Below, one piece after another: positions 45,001 through 54,395 of a DNA stretch of 64,000 bases. Numbering within the stretch: the first letter of the stretch is position 1; every line of letters starts with the position of its first letter. The stretch comes from Candidatus Omnitrophota bacterium (GTDB lineage Bacteria; Omnitrophota; Gorgyraeia; JAFGHF01), in the NCBI GenBank assembly GCA_016939375.1, contig JAFGHF010000034.1, forward strand, positions 13,950 to 77,949, given 5' to 3'. Under the pieces are notes generated by a model. The model was not told the DNA's origin, made no database searches, and worked only from the letters and a program-made list of their open reading frames with translations. The translations under genes were made by a program, and so were the position numbers.

Positions 45001-47466
45001 TTATACCGTCTTTAAATATACCCATTTGGAGCGTTTTCTAATAAAGATCCTCAAGCTGCCGATAGCCGAAAGTACGACAGGGACCAAAAATGTCGTAGCC
45101 AATCTCCAACCTGCCTTTGCCGCGGCAGAGACTTTTTTTAAACTACGGTCTATGGGCTGCTTACTTCTGACATGGACTAAATCCTCTCCTAACGTAAGTG
45201 CATCGATCGAATTTAAGAAGAAAAGGACTTGCCCTCCTTTATCAAAAAGATCCCGATTAAAAGTCTGCGCGCAGCCGATAAGGATCAATTTTCCGGATTG
45301 AGGCTCTAGTTCAATTTCTTCTTCGGGTTGCTCATAGCTTTCTTCGCCCTCCTCTTCCTCCGGAGGCCACTGCGGTACTTCTTTTCCTTTAAAGGCATCG
45401 GGAAATTGCCCCTGCAGCATCACCGCCAAGGGAAAGACATCGCGCTTTTGGGCTGCAGGCATATCGAGGTCAGCTTTATTAAGATTGCCGCTGTGAAATT
45501 TTACCTTCCAAGCATCGGCGCTTGATGTAAGCAAAGTCTTGGCGTCTAGATTCAACTCTTTGAGCTTTTTTTCCTCAAGATTAAGGGCGGTGCCCCAAAG
45601 ATAAAACACAATCGGCAGCCTGGAAGTTATCGAGATATCTTTGTTCATCTGTTCTGAACCGATTATTATCTGGATGGGCAGCTTGACCGGAGAACTAACA
45701 GAAAATATACCTAATAGCTTCTCACCGGTCAGCGAGACTACGTCACACTGGCTGTCCATCAGAAAGTCTTCGTCTACCGTCACACCCCAGTTCTGCAGCA
45801 ATTGATTTATCTGCGGCCTTTTGTCTATTGCACTCACCTGCAATCCCTTGGGGCCTAAGGTCCTATACTGAAAGTCATAGTTCTGCACCGCCAGAAATAC
45901 AGAACCACCGTTGACCAAAAAGTTGTTTATTTCAAATCTCTGTCGTTCATTGAGCTTCTCCGGCTCCAAAACGACCAAAGTATCCACGTCTTCAGGTATA
46001 GACTCATCTTCCGTAAGCTTGATTCTTGAGACCCGATAACCCTCATACTCAAGCAGCTTAGGCACTAGTTCATATTCATCATCTATATATTTTTCGGCGA
46101 TACCCTGGCCCAACTGCTGCAGTATTTGTTTCATCTGCGGGTCGACCACCCTTTCTACATATGGAGCAACCAAAGCTACATGCGGCATACGCTCAAGAGT
46201 CATCTTATATATTTTGGAAATGACGATGTATTCTAAATCGGGCAAATTTTGATTGATTATCTGGGGAATAATCTCCTCTGGCTTCTCTTTATAGGCCAGG
46301 GAAAGGGAAGAATATATCAATTTTACGCCAACCTCATCGGCTTCAACGCTCCTTACCTGGAAAGGCCTTATCCCCTTCTCTCCTATCGACTTCTCCAGGG
46401 TGTCTTCATCTTCTTTTTCTACATTTGCCGCTTCCATATGAAAAACCTTATAATTGAATTTGCCCTTTGCTGCCACCTGAAATTCATCAAGCTTATCTCG
46501 GATATCGCGTTCGATAGTCTTCATCCCTGTAGGCATTTTATCGGCCGGAGAGATGAATAGCTTAGCGGTGACCGGTGCCTTTAACTTTTGTAAGATCTTG
46601 ATGCTGGCCGGGGAAACTGTATATATCTTGTCCTGGGTAAAATCATAGCGGCCGATAGGTATGTCGGAAAAGACAAAATTGGCCAGGATAAAAATGCCCA
46701 GGCTGATCAGGCAGGTAGCGGTAAATATAGTCCTTGCCTTGGGCCTTAGTCTGGTCTCAAGCCAAAAACCATTGAGCAGCAAAAAGATGACTGTGCCGAT
46801 GAGGAAGTAAAGCACATCCCGGCTGTCCATCACCCCTTTTTGAAAAGCGGCAAAATGATGAGCCAGGCCCAAAGAGCTTTTCAAAAAAGAGCCTAATCCA
46901 GGCATCCAGCCGTCTATCGAGCCGGCGGTAAAATCGGTACCTAAAAGGAAAAAGACAAAGCAGGCCATCATCGCTAAAATCAAAGAGACGATCTGGTCTT
47001 TGCAAAAGCCGGAGACCAAAATGCCCAAGGCCAAGAAGAAACTCCCTAAAAAAACAGCTCCGATATATTGGCAGATTATCGCTCCCACATCCGGTTGTCC
47101 TAAAAATATAAGCATTAGGGGTACGGGGATGGTAGAGATAAGGGCAGCGACATAAAATATCAAGCTGGCAAAAAACTTACCCAAGACGAGCTCATGCGTC
47201 TTTACCGGAAAGGTCAGTAAAAGCTCCAGGGTATTTCCTTTTCTGTCTTCCGCCCAAAGCCTCATCGTCACCGCAGGCAGGAAAACGCATAGGATCACCG
47301 GCAGGGAATAGAAAAATCTTCTCATGTCAGCGATTGAGATCAAGAAAAAGTCAGTCATAAACAGGCCTACTGATATGAGCAGAAACACTATGATGAAAAT
47401 ATAGGCGATTGCTGAATTGAAATATGCCCTGAGCTCTCTTTTCAAAATAGTAAGGATGTTTCTCAT
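45001..47466 (-). CDS. Fused ABC-2 permease (GldF-like) and ABC-transporter auxiliary component (GldG-like)
   Basis: N-terminal about 240 aa is a 6-TM ABC-2 permease. The remaining about 580 aa is a large periplasmic domain with a C-terminal TM, the ABC_transp_aux/GldG architecture; 821 aa. Confidence 0.6.
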   Translation of the reverse strand: MRNILTILKRELRAYFNSAIAYIFIIVFLLISVGLFMTDFFLISIADMRRFFYSLPVILCVFLPAVTMRLWAEDRKGNTLELLLTFPVKTHELVLGKFFASLIFYVAALISTIPVPLMLIFLGQPDVGAIICQYIGAVFLGSFFLALGILVSGFCKDQIVSLILAMMACFVFFLLGTDFTAGSIDGWMPGLGSFLKSSLGLAHHFAAFQKGVMDSRDVLYFLIGTVIFLLLNGFWLETRLRPKARTIFTATCLISLGIFILANFVFSDIPIGRYDFTQDKIYTVSPASIKILQKLKAPVTAKLFISPADKMPTGMKTIERDIRDKLDEFQVAAKGKFNYKVFHMEAANVEKEDEDTLEKSIGEKGIRPFQVRSVEADEVGVKLIYSSLSLAYKEKPEEIIPQIINQNLPDLEYIVISKIYKMTLERMPHVALVAPYVERVVDPQMKQILQQLGQGIAEKYIDDEYELVPKLLEYEGYRVSRIKLTEDESIPEDVDTLVVLEPEKLNERQRFEINNFLVNGGSVFLAVQNYDFQYRTLGPKGLQVSAIDKRPQINQLLQNWGVTVDEDFLMDSQCDVVSLTGEKLLGIFSVSSPVKLPIQIIIGSEQMNKDISITSRLPIVFYLWGTALNLEEKKLKELNLDAKTLLTSSADAWKVKFHSGNLNKADLDMPAAQKRDVFPLAVMLQGQFPDAFKGKEVPQWPPEEEEGEESYEQPEEEIELEPQSGKLILIGCAQTFNRDLFDKGGQVLFFLNSIDALTLGEDLVHVRSKQPIDRSLKKVSAAAKAGWRLATTFLVPVVLSAIGSLRIFIRKRSKWVYLKTV

Positions 47467-47471
47467 TGTAC

Positions 47472-48422
47472 TTATCTTCTATCTTTCTTTTGATCTCTGC
47501 TTAAGAGCCAGATAAAAGCCTCTTCTAAGCTGGCTTGTTCTCTTTTAAGCTCTCTGATGCTCCAACCTTTTTTGTCAATTACCTCATTTAATCTTGAGAC
47601 CAATGGTTTTCCCGTATCAGCGCTGACAAAAAACTTAATATAATTCCCTTCCGAGCCGACAAAGCGCAGCTCATCGACCACCTCTTCGTTCTCTAATGTA
47701 GAGCGCACATCGTTTTCGTCTGCTTTTACCACTAGCGTTAGCTTCTCACCCTTGGTCGCCATCTGCGTGATCTCATGGCGAGTACCTTCAGCGATCATGC
47801 GCCCATTGTTCAATATAACTATCCTATCGGCTAAGGCCTCTACCTCCTGTAATATATGCGTGGAAAATATCACGGTCTTATCTTGAGCCAGCCTATGCAT
47901 AAGCTCCCTAATACCGATTATCTGTAAAGGGTCTAAACCGGTCATCGGCTCATCAAGGATCAATACTTGTGGGTCATGGATAAGGGCTTGAGCAAGACCT
48001 GCTCTTTGTCTAAAGCCCTTTGATATTTCCGAAATAGTATGTTTCCAAATAGGACCTAGGCCGCAATTTTCTTTTACCCAGCGCAGCCTTTGCCTTAGCT
48101 GCTCTCCGCCAAGCCCCCTGGCGCTGCCGATAAATATAAGGTATTCATCGACAAGCATATCATCATATAAAGGGACGGTTTCGGGCATATAGCCGATAAG
48201 CCTCCTTGCGGCAAGGGGTTCCTCTGTGACATCGTGTCCATCGATGGTGGCTGTGCCTTTGCTGGGATAGAGATAACTTGTCAATATGCGCATCAACGTG
48301 GTTTTTCCAGCTCCATTAGGGCCTAAAAGCCCGAGGATCTTGCCTTTTTCGGCCACAAAAGAGACCTCATCCAGGGCTTTTGTATTGCCGTAGTTCATGC
48401 CCACAGACTTGACTTCTATCAA
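47472..48422 (-). CDS. ABC transporter ATP-binding protein (GldA/CcmA-like)
   Basis: Walker A GPNGAGKTT, signature ISKGFRQRAGLAQAL, Walker B LILDEPMTGLD; 316 aa. Confidence 0.85.
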   Translation of the reverse strand: MIEVKSVGMNYGNTKALDEVSFVAEKGKILGLLGPNGAGKTTLMRILTSYLYPSKGTATIDGHDVTEEPLAARRLIGYMPETVPLYDDMLVDEYLIFIGSARGLGGEQLRQRLRWVKENCGLGPIWKHTISEISKGFRQRAGLAQALIHDPQVLILDEPMTGLDPLQIIGIRELMHRLAQDKTVIFSTHILQEVEALADRIVILNNGRMIAEGTRHEITQMATKGEKLTLVVKADENDVRSTLENEEVVDELRFVGSEGNYIKFFVSADTGKPLVSRLNEVIDKKGWSIRELKREQASLEEAFIWLLSRDQKKDRR

Positions 48423-48579
48423 TGTAAACTCCTCAAATTTTCGAAGAAAATTTGATACTGAAGCAGCGTTAAAAAATGTGAGCGAGTAGCGAGCATTTTA
48501 GCTGCTGAAGTATCTACAATTTTTTAAATTCCCCTGTTTAAAATTTTAACAAATAATTTCTCTTTGTCAAGACCCTATT

Positions 48580-49681
48580 TTACCTCTCTTTTACCTTCCA
48601 TTTAAGATAGGCTTGGATAAAACCGTCTATATCCCCGTCCAACACCGCAGTCACGTTGCCTTTCTCGAAATTAGTACGGTGGTCTTTGGTCATTGTGTAA
48701 GGGCAGAGTACATAAGAACGGATCTGGCTGCCCCAAGCAATATCCTGCTTTTGGGCGTAGCCGGCTTCCAACTTCTTGCGCTGTTCTTCCTTTTCTTTTT
48801 CGTGCAGACGGGCACGCAATATCTTCATTGCCGAGGCCTTATTCTTATGTTGCGAGCGTTCGTTTTGACATTGTACTATAATGCCACTGGGGATGTGGGT
48901 TATCCTTACTGCCGAATCAGTTACGTTGACGTGTTGGCCTCCGGCCCCGGAAGAACGATAGGTATCTATCTTCAGGTCTTCGGGCCTTATCTCCACTTTG
49001 ATATCCTCGGTAATCTCAGCTATGACATCAACGGAGGCAAAAGATGTATGCCGTCGCTTGTTTGCGTCAAAGGGAGATATACGTACAAGCCTGTGCACAC
49101 CGATTTCTGACTTCAGGTATCCGTATGCATATTCTCCTCTTATTATAAAGGTGATGTTTTTTGTCCCTGCTTCTTCACCGGGTAGAAAATCCAGGGTCTG
49201 CGTCGAAAAACCCCTGCGCTCTGCCCAACGCAGATACATCCGAGTAAGCATAGAGACCCAATCACAGGCCTCTGTGCCTCCGGCTCCGGAGTGAATGCTG
49301 ATAATGGCGTTGTTGGGGTCTTCTTCTTCGCTAAGCAAGGTGGCCAGTTCAAGGGAATCAAGCTGCCTTTTAAGGCGGGCTAAATCGTTTTGCAGATGTT
49401 CTATGGATTTACTATCGTGCTCATCTACTATTTCTATCAACTCTTTTAATTCACTATATTTTTCCTGGGCTCCCAACCAAGGCTGGGAAGCCGACTTTGC
49501 AGATTTTAATTGCTGGATCAATGTCTGCGCTTTTTTATTATCCTTCCAAAAGTCCGGACGCGACATCTCTGTTTCAATCTCGCTGATGCGTTTGCGCTTG
49601 CCTTCTATGTCAAAGATAACCTCGTAGTTGCACCAACCTCTTCTCCATACCCTCTATCTGCGCCTTCAACTCCTCCAACAT
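48580..49681 (-). CDS. prfB: Peptide chain release factor 2, translated via a programmed +1 ribosomal frameshift (join 49681..49613 with 49611..48580; nt 49612 skipped)
   Basis: Downstream frame has SPF and GGQ motifs (RISPFDANKRRHTSF; SGAGGQHVN). Upstream, an AAGGAG SD and ATG at 49681 encode MLEELKAQIEGMEKRLVQLRGYL in frame 0, ending in CGAGGTTATCTTTGAC. This is the canonical internal-SD plus CUU UGA C shift site. The +1 frame continues DIEGKRKRISEIETEMSRPDFW... Confidence 0.9.
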
Positions 49682-49717
49682 ATTTAACTCCTTCTAAAAT
49701 AAAAATTAAAATTTTTT

Positions 49718-49785
49718 GTTAATTTTGAATTTTGCGTTTTGGTTTTGAATTTTTGGTTTTGAATTTTTCATTTCGTTGTATTATA
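49718..49785. repeat. Short tandem repeat upstream of the prfB start codon
   Basis: ttttgaattttgcg ttttggttttgaatttt tggttttgaatttttcattt, i.e. about 3 copies of a 15-16 nt AT-rich unit (TGGTTTTGAATTTTT). Confidence 0.5.
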
Positions 49786-49790
49786 CCAAT

Positions 49791-50066
49791 CTATCTTTTC
49801 TTAGTCAATTCCTTCTCTAAATCCAAGATCGCCTTCTTGATGTCTGAGCCCAATGAATACCCGCCAATCTGGCCCGAAGACTTGATCACACGGTGACAAG
49901 GCACTATGAATAAATCGTGGTTTTTCTTAAGTGCCGTGCCTACCGCCCTATACCCGTTGGGAGAGCCCGCTTTTTTTGCCACCCATTTATAGCTACGCGT
50001 CTGGCCAAAAGGAATCTGGCATACGGCTTGGAAAACTTTTATTTGAAAAGGCGTATTTTTCAGCAT
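49791..50066 (-). CDS. ogt: Methylated-DNA--protein-cysteine methyltransferase, DNA-binding/active-site domain only (Ogt/MGMT C-terminal domain)
   Basis: PCHRV active-site motif (IVPCHRVIKSSGQIGGY); 91 aa, with no N-terminal domain. Confidence 0.75.
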   Translation of the reverse strand: MLKNTPFQIKVFQAVCQIPFGQTRSYKWVAKKAGSPNGYRAVGTALKKNHDLFIVPCHRVIKSSGQIGGYSLGSDIKKAILDLEKELTKKR

Positions 50067-50133
50067 ATATTTCCTTCTTTTGGTTGTTGGTGTTGACGGC
50101 CGTATAGCTATTACAGGTACTCAAGGCTGTGGT
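50067..50133. repeat. Copy R3 (short form) of the palindrome-string junction element (between uvrC stop and ogt start)
   Basis: TTGGTTGTTGGTGTTGACGGCCGTATAGCTATTACAGGTACTCAAGGCTGTGGTT, with a 23/23 match to R2 at its 5' arm. The uvrC stop TGA is the TCA of GGTACTCA (50121-50123). Confidence 0.7.
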
Positions 50134-51560
50134 TTTCTAAGATGCTTAATAATATTTCCCGCAGTCTTTTTATCGATTCCTTCTACTGCGAGCAGATCCT
50201 CCAAGCTTGCTTGCCGCAATGCCAGAATAGATTTAAAATGTTTAAGCAAAATGCGTTTTCTTTTGGGGCCCACCCCGGGAATATTGTCTAATTCTGAGAT
50301 GCGCATGCTTTTTCCTCTTAAAGCCCTGTGGTATGAAATAGCGAAGCGGTGAGCTTCATCGCGTATCTTCTGCAAAAGATGCAAGGCCTTAGATTCATGC
50401 GGCAGACGTACTGCTTTGCCGCCGGGAGAAAAAATCGTCTCTAAGCGCTTGGCCAAGGAGACCACCGGGATCGCTGTCAAGCCCAGCTTATCCAGCTCTC
50501 TGCGGGCAGAAGACCATTGTCCTTTGCCTCCGTCCACCAAAACCAAGTCCGGAAGCGGCAAGACCGTTGCCTGCGGCTCTCTACGATACCTTCTATGTAC
50601 CACTTCTCTAATCATGGCGTAATCATCCACGCCTTTTACCGTCTTTATTCTGAACCTGCGGTAGGTATTTTTATCCGCTAGCCCCTCTACGAAACTGACC
50701 ATGGAGCCGCACAGACCCACTCCTGAAATCTCTGATATATCAAAGGCCTCTATGCGATAAGGCATCTTCTTAAGCTGCAAGGCCTCTTTTAGCTGAAAGA
50801 TATCATCTTTACGGTCGATCTCTTTAGTCTGAAAGACTATTTCATTTAAAGAGTTGATTCTGTCCCTTAACGAAGCCGCTTCTTCGAATTGCTCGTCCCT
50901 TGAAGCCTGATGCATCCTCTGCTTGAGCTCTCTGAAGAGCTCATTATATCTGCCTTGAAGAAAAAGCCCTAATTGTTTTATCGTCCTGCGATACTCAGTG
51001 ACATCGACATCACGCACGCACATGCCTGGGCAAAGCCTTAGCTGCAGGTAAAGACAAGGCTTCTGGGGAAGGTTTTTACAGCTTCTAAAGGGGAATATCT
51101 CCCTGATGCTCCTCAAGGCTTCTTTCAGCTGTCGAGCACTTATATAAGGGCCGTAGTACTTAGCGGTTTTTTCTTTCTTTCCTCTGCCAATTAAAATATA
51201 GGGATATTGCTGATTTTCAACGACCTTTATATAAGGATAGCTTTTATCATCTTTTAAAGCAGCGTTATAATATGGTTTATATTTTTTAATCAACGAGTTT
51301 TCCAAAAGCAACGCCTGGGCCGGCGATGAGGTCTGGATATATTCGATATCGCGGAGGCGAGAAAGCAACGCCTGGACCTTATCCGTAGGTGGCTTCTGAT
51401 AATATGAACCTACCCGCTTACGCAAAGAAGAGGCCTTGCCCACGTAAAGGATGACTCCCCTCTGGTCTTTCATTAAATACACTCCGGGAGCATCGGGAAA
51501 GGCTTTTACCCTGTTAGAAAGTCTCTTTCTAGCAGGGCTTACTTTCTTTTTAATATCCAT
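50121..51560 (-). CDS. uvrC: Excinuclease ABC subunit C (compact form)
   Basis: GIY-YIG N-domain (GVYLMKDQRGVILYVGKA), UvrBC motif (EEAASLRDRINSL), RNaseH-like endonuclease region (IEAFDISE) and C-terminal HhH; 479 aa. Confidence 0.8.
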   Translation of the reverse strand: MDIKKKVSPARKRLSNRVKAFPDAPGVYLMKDQRGVILYVGKASSLRKRVGSYYQKPPTDKVQALLSRLRDIEYIQTSSPAQALLLENSLIKKYKPYYNAALKDDKSYPYIKVVENQQYPYILIGRGKKEKTAKYYGPYISARQLKEALRSIREIFPFRSCKNLPQKPCLYLQLRLCPGMCVRDVDVTEYRRTIKQLGLFLQGRYNELFRELKQRMHQASRDEQFEEAASLRDRINSLNEIVFQTKEIDRKDDIFQLKEALQLKKMPYRIEAFDISEISGVGLCGSMVSFVEGLADKNTYRRFRIKTVKGVDDYAMIREVVHRRYRREPQATVLPLPDLVLVDGGKGQWSSARRELDKLGLTAIPVVSLAKRLETIFSPGGKAVRLPHESKALHLLQKIRDEAHRFAISYHRALRGKSMRISELDNIPGVGPKRKRILLKHFKSILALRQASLEDLLAVEGIDKKTAGNIIKHLRKPQP

Positions 51561-53098
51561 CCTAGAAATATTTCAGACTCCTCTTTTGCGAAAATCTTTA
51601 AAAATACACTGTAGATAAAGATGCCCGCAATAATCGTCAATCCCAGCTTTACCGCCAACAAGAAATTGTTCTGCATCAGGAATCCGGTGCGATAGAAGAT
51701 TATCCACAGTCCGCTACCCATGGCAGCGGCAGCTATAGTGACTCTTGCTAATGCCGACCACAACTGCACTAAGTGCCCTATCTTCTTGCTCAAAATCACG
51801 GCGAGTATGGCAAAGTTTATGCTCGCAGCAATAGCGGTAGCCAAGGCCAAGCCTGATGCCTTTAAGGGCCACATCAAAATAAGATTCAATACAATATTGA
51901 TTAATAATGCGATGCCCGCTATTTTCACAGGCGTCAGAGTATCCTTAAAGGCATAGAAACAGCTGGCCAGCACCTTAACGCCAGCGTAACCAGTCAACCC
52001 TAGACAATAGAAAAACAACACCGCAGAAGTAATCTCTGTGGAATAGCTGGTAAAACTGCCCCTCTGGAATAGTACGCTGACAATAGGCCTGGATAAAACC
52101 ATAATCCCTACCGTGGCCGGTATCATGATCGTAAAGACACTGCGCAAAGAAAAATGCACTGTCTTTTTTAAACTGTCGAGATCCCCTTGCGCTACCATTC
52201 CAGACATAGTAGGAATGGCTACCTGAGCCAAAGCCAAACCAAACAAAGCTAGAGGAAACTGGACTAAGCGATTTGAATAATAAAGAGCGGCTACCGCTCC
52301 CTGACCTACTATCCAGGACAAAGAGCCCAGGATGGTATCTACAAAAATATTGATCTGATAGACCGCGATGCCTAATGTCCGGGGCAAAAACAACGTCCCT
52401 ATTTCTTTTATCTTGGGATGCATAAAACGGAAATTACGCTTTTTGAATAGTCCCTTCTGGGCCAAAATAGGGATTTGGATTATTATTTGCAAAAGGCCTC
52501 CGGCCAAGACCCCTATAGCCAACCCATCGACTGGTTCTTTTAGGCGCGGGCATAAAATTAGGGCACTAGCTATTAAGCTTATGTTGAGCATGCAGGGGGC
52601 TAACGCCGACCAGACAAAATTTTTAAGAGAATTGAGCACTGCCATGGCATAGGCGGATAAAGCGGCCAAAAGAAGATAAGGGAATAAAAGGCGGGCGAGC
52701 CTTATGCTTAAATATAATTTTTGCGGGTCTTTGATAAAGCCGGGAGCAATAGCCTTAACGATATAAGGCATAAAAAGCTCTCCCAGCAAAGTCAGGGCAG
52801 CCAATAATATCAGCAGCAGATTTAAAAGACAAGTGGCCACATGCCAGAATTCTTCTTTTTTGCCTTCCTGGTCAAGGCGCGAAAGCACAGGCACTACCGC
52901 GCTGTTCGTACCGCCTTCCCCGAACAAACTGCGAAAAAGATTGGGTATCCTAAATGCGACCACAAAGGCCTGGGCGCGCATGCCGGTGCCAAAGAATTTG
53001 GCTATTATTACATCCCTGACAAAGCCGAGTATGCGGCTGGCTAGCGTAGCCAGGCCGATCAGTCTTGTAGAGCGGATCAAAAACTTGTTTTCGCTCAT
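51539..53098 (-). CDS. murJ: Lipid II flippase MurJ (MviN)
   Basis: Conserved RILGFVRDVIIAKFFG...AFRIPNLFRSLFGEGG N-terminus and 14 TM. The track start (53122) decodes as GTG. ATG 53098 (MSENKFLIRS) aligns with the E.coli MurJ N-terminus. Confidence 0.85.
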   Translation of the reverse strand: MSENKFLIRSTRLIGLATLASRILGFVRDVIIAKFFGTGMRAQAFVVAFRIPNLFRSLFGEGGTNSAVVPVLSRLDQEGKKEEFWHVATCLLNLLLILLAALTLLGELFMPYIVKAIAPGFIKDPQKLYLSIRLARLLFPYLLLAALSAYAMAVLNSLKNFVWSALAPCMLNISLIASALILCPRLKEPVDGLAIGVLAGGLLQIIIQIPILAQKGLFKKRNFRFMHPKIKEIGTLFLPRTLGIAVYQINIFVDTILGSLSWIVGQGAVAALYYSNRLVQFPLALFGLALAQVAIPTMSGMVAQGDLDSLKKTVHFSLRSVFTIMIPATVGIMVLSRPIVSVLFQRGSFTSYSTEITSAVLFFYCLGLTGYAGVKVLASCFYAFKDTLTPVKIAGIALLINIVLNLILMWPLKASGLALATAIAASINFAILAVILSKKIGHLVQLWSALARVTIAAAAMGSGLWIIFYRTGFLMQNNFLLAVKLGLTIIAGIFIYSVFLKIFAKEESEIFLGWILKRK

Positions 53099-53116
53099 GC
53101 TCGACACCTTCATTGA

Positions 53117-53152
53117 CCCCACATTGTGGGGTCGCTATCAGTGTCAACACTG
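53117..53152. promoter_or_regulatory. Two perfect palindromes in the murJ/rpsT divergent region (candidate operator sites)
   Basis: CCCCACATTGTGGGG at 53117-53131 (6-bp arms) and CAGTGTCAACACTG at 53139-53152 (a perfect 14-bp palindrome). Confidence 0.35.
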
Positions 53153-53188
53153 AGTATATCCTAATCAGTAACAGGATATACGAATGTG

Positions 53189-53217
53189 TTGACAAATATC
53201 TCCCAATATGATATAAA
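53189..53217 (+). promoter_or_regulatory. Sigma70-type promoter for rpsT
   Basis: TTGACA (53189-53194), a 17-nt spacer, then TATAAA (53212-53217), then an AAAAGGAG SD 7 nt before the ATG at 53247. Confidence 0.5.
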
Positions 53218-53246
53218 AGCACAAAGTTAAAGAAAAGGAGCTAAAC

Positions 53247-53507
53247 ATGCCAATAAAAAAATCAGCTTTAAAAGAACTGCGCAAGTCAAAAAAAAGGCAT
53301 CTACATAATATAAGCATAAGCTCTGAGCTCAAGACGCTGAATAAGAAGTTTATTAGCCTTGTAGATGCTAAAAAGATTGAGCAGGCAAAAGAAATTCTTT
53401 GCCGATTATCCGCTAAGTTGGACAGCGCGGCAAATAAGAAAATAATCCATAAGAAAAAAGCCTCGCGCAAAAAATCCCGTCTAGCGCGTAAGTTAAGAGC
53501 AAGCTAA
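53247..53507 (+). CDS. rpsT: 30S ribosomal protein S20
   Basis: 86 aa, basic; MPIKKSALKELRKSKKRHLHN...KKASRKKSRLARKL is typical of S20. Confidence 0.9.
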   Translation: MPIKKSALKELRKSKKRHLHNISISSELKTLNKKFISLVDAKKIEQAKEILCRLSAKLDSAANKKIIHKKKASRKKSRLARKLRAS

Positions 53508-54379
53508 GACTGAAGGCTCAACATCTCTGCCATCAGGAGCTCTAAAGCAATCCGCTGGCTCTTTAGCCCTGTCTTGATCTCCCTATCGGTCCTCTCCAAA
53601 GCACGTAAAAATAGTCTGCGGCAAGAAGCGTTTATTCTGTTCCTTGGCGATAATATTTCATGGGCCAAGGCCCCTAAGATCTGGGTGGGCCTTACGCCGT
53701 CCTTCAGTAGGCTATCCAAGATCTGGAATGTCCTTTCCTTGCGCCGGTCGTTTACGGCCTGAAAAAGTTCAAAGGCATCGGTTTCTATATTACGGCCCAC
53801 CATCTGTTCTACGTCCTGGGATGTAATAGTGTCTCTTTGTCCTATGAACAATACTATGTTTTTCAAAGCGTTAGAGATAAGCTCCAAATTCTCACCCAGT
53901 CTATTTACTAACAACAAACGCGCTTTATACTCGATCTTCTTGCCCATCGACTTCACTTGTGCGCTGATCCAGGGAAAGATTTGGTTTTCTGTGAGCTGAT
54001 TACAGGTGATAATCCGGAGGTGTTTTCGGATCTCTCCCGGAAAAAGATCGCCAGGGTCCTTCTTGTCTGTCTCCAGGACCAATATGGTGTGCTGATAGGG
54101 AGCTTTGATATAGGAAAGCATCAACTTCCTATCGGCAGAGCTAAAATTTTCCACCTGGCGCACTATCACTACCCTTTTTTTGCCTAAAAGCGGTGCGTTA
54201 TAAGCGCATTCCAAGATCTTCTCCCCTGAGGCTGAACCGGGATAAAAGATGTTGAGGTTAAATTCTTGGGAGGTTTTTTCCAGAAAACGGGCCTTGATCC
54301 TGGCCAGATGTTCTTCTTTTAGGAATTGTTCGCTTCCGGTAAGCAAATATATAGATGGGTTATTATTCAGCACAATCAA
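53504..54379 (-). CDS. holA: DNA polymerase III delta subunit
   Basis: IYLLTGSEQFLKEE N-terminus; 291 aa; conserved lptE-holA synteny. Confidence 0.7.
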   Translation of the reverse strand: MIVLNNNPSIYLLTGSEQFLKEEHLARIKARFLEKTSQEFNLNIFYPGSASGEKILECAYNAPLLGKKRVVIVRQVENFSSADRKLMLSYIKAPYQHTILVLETDKKDPGDLFPGEIRKHLRIITCNQLTENQIFPWISAQVKSMGKKIEYKARLLLVNRLGENLELISNALKNIVLFIGQRDTITSQDVEQMVGRNIETDAFELFQAVNDRRKERTFQILDSLLKDGVRPTQILGALAHEILSPRNRINASCRRLFLRALERTDREIKTGLKSQRIALELLMAEMLSLQS

Positions 54380-54395
54380 CCAAAGATTACAATCC

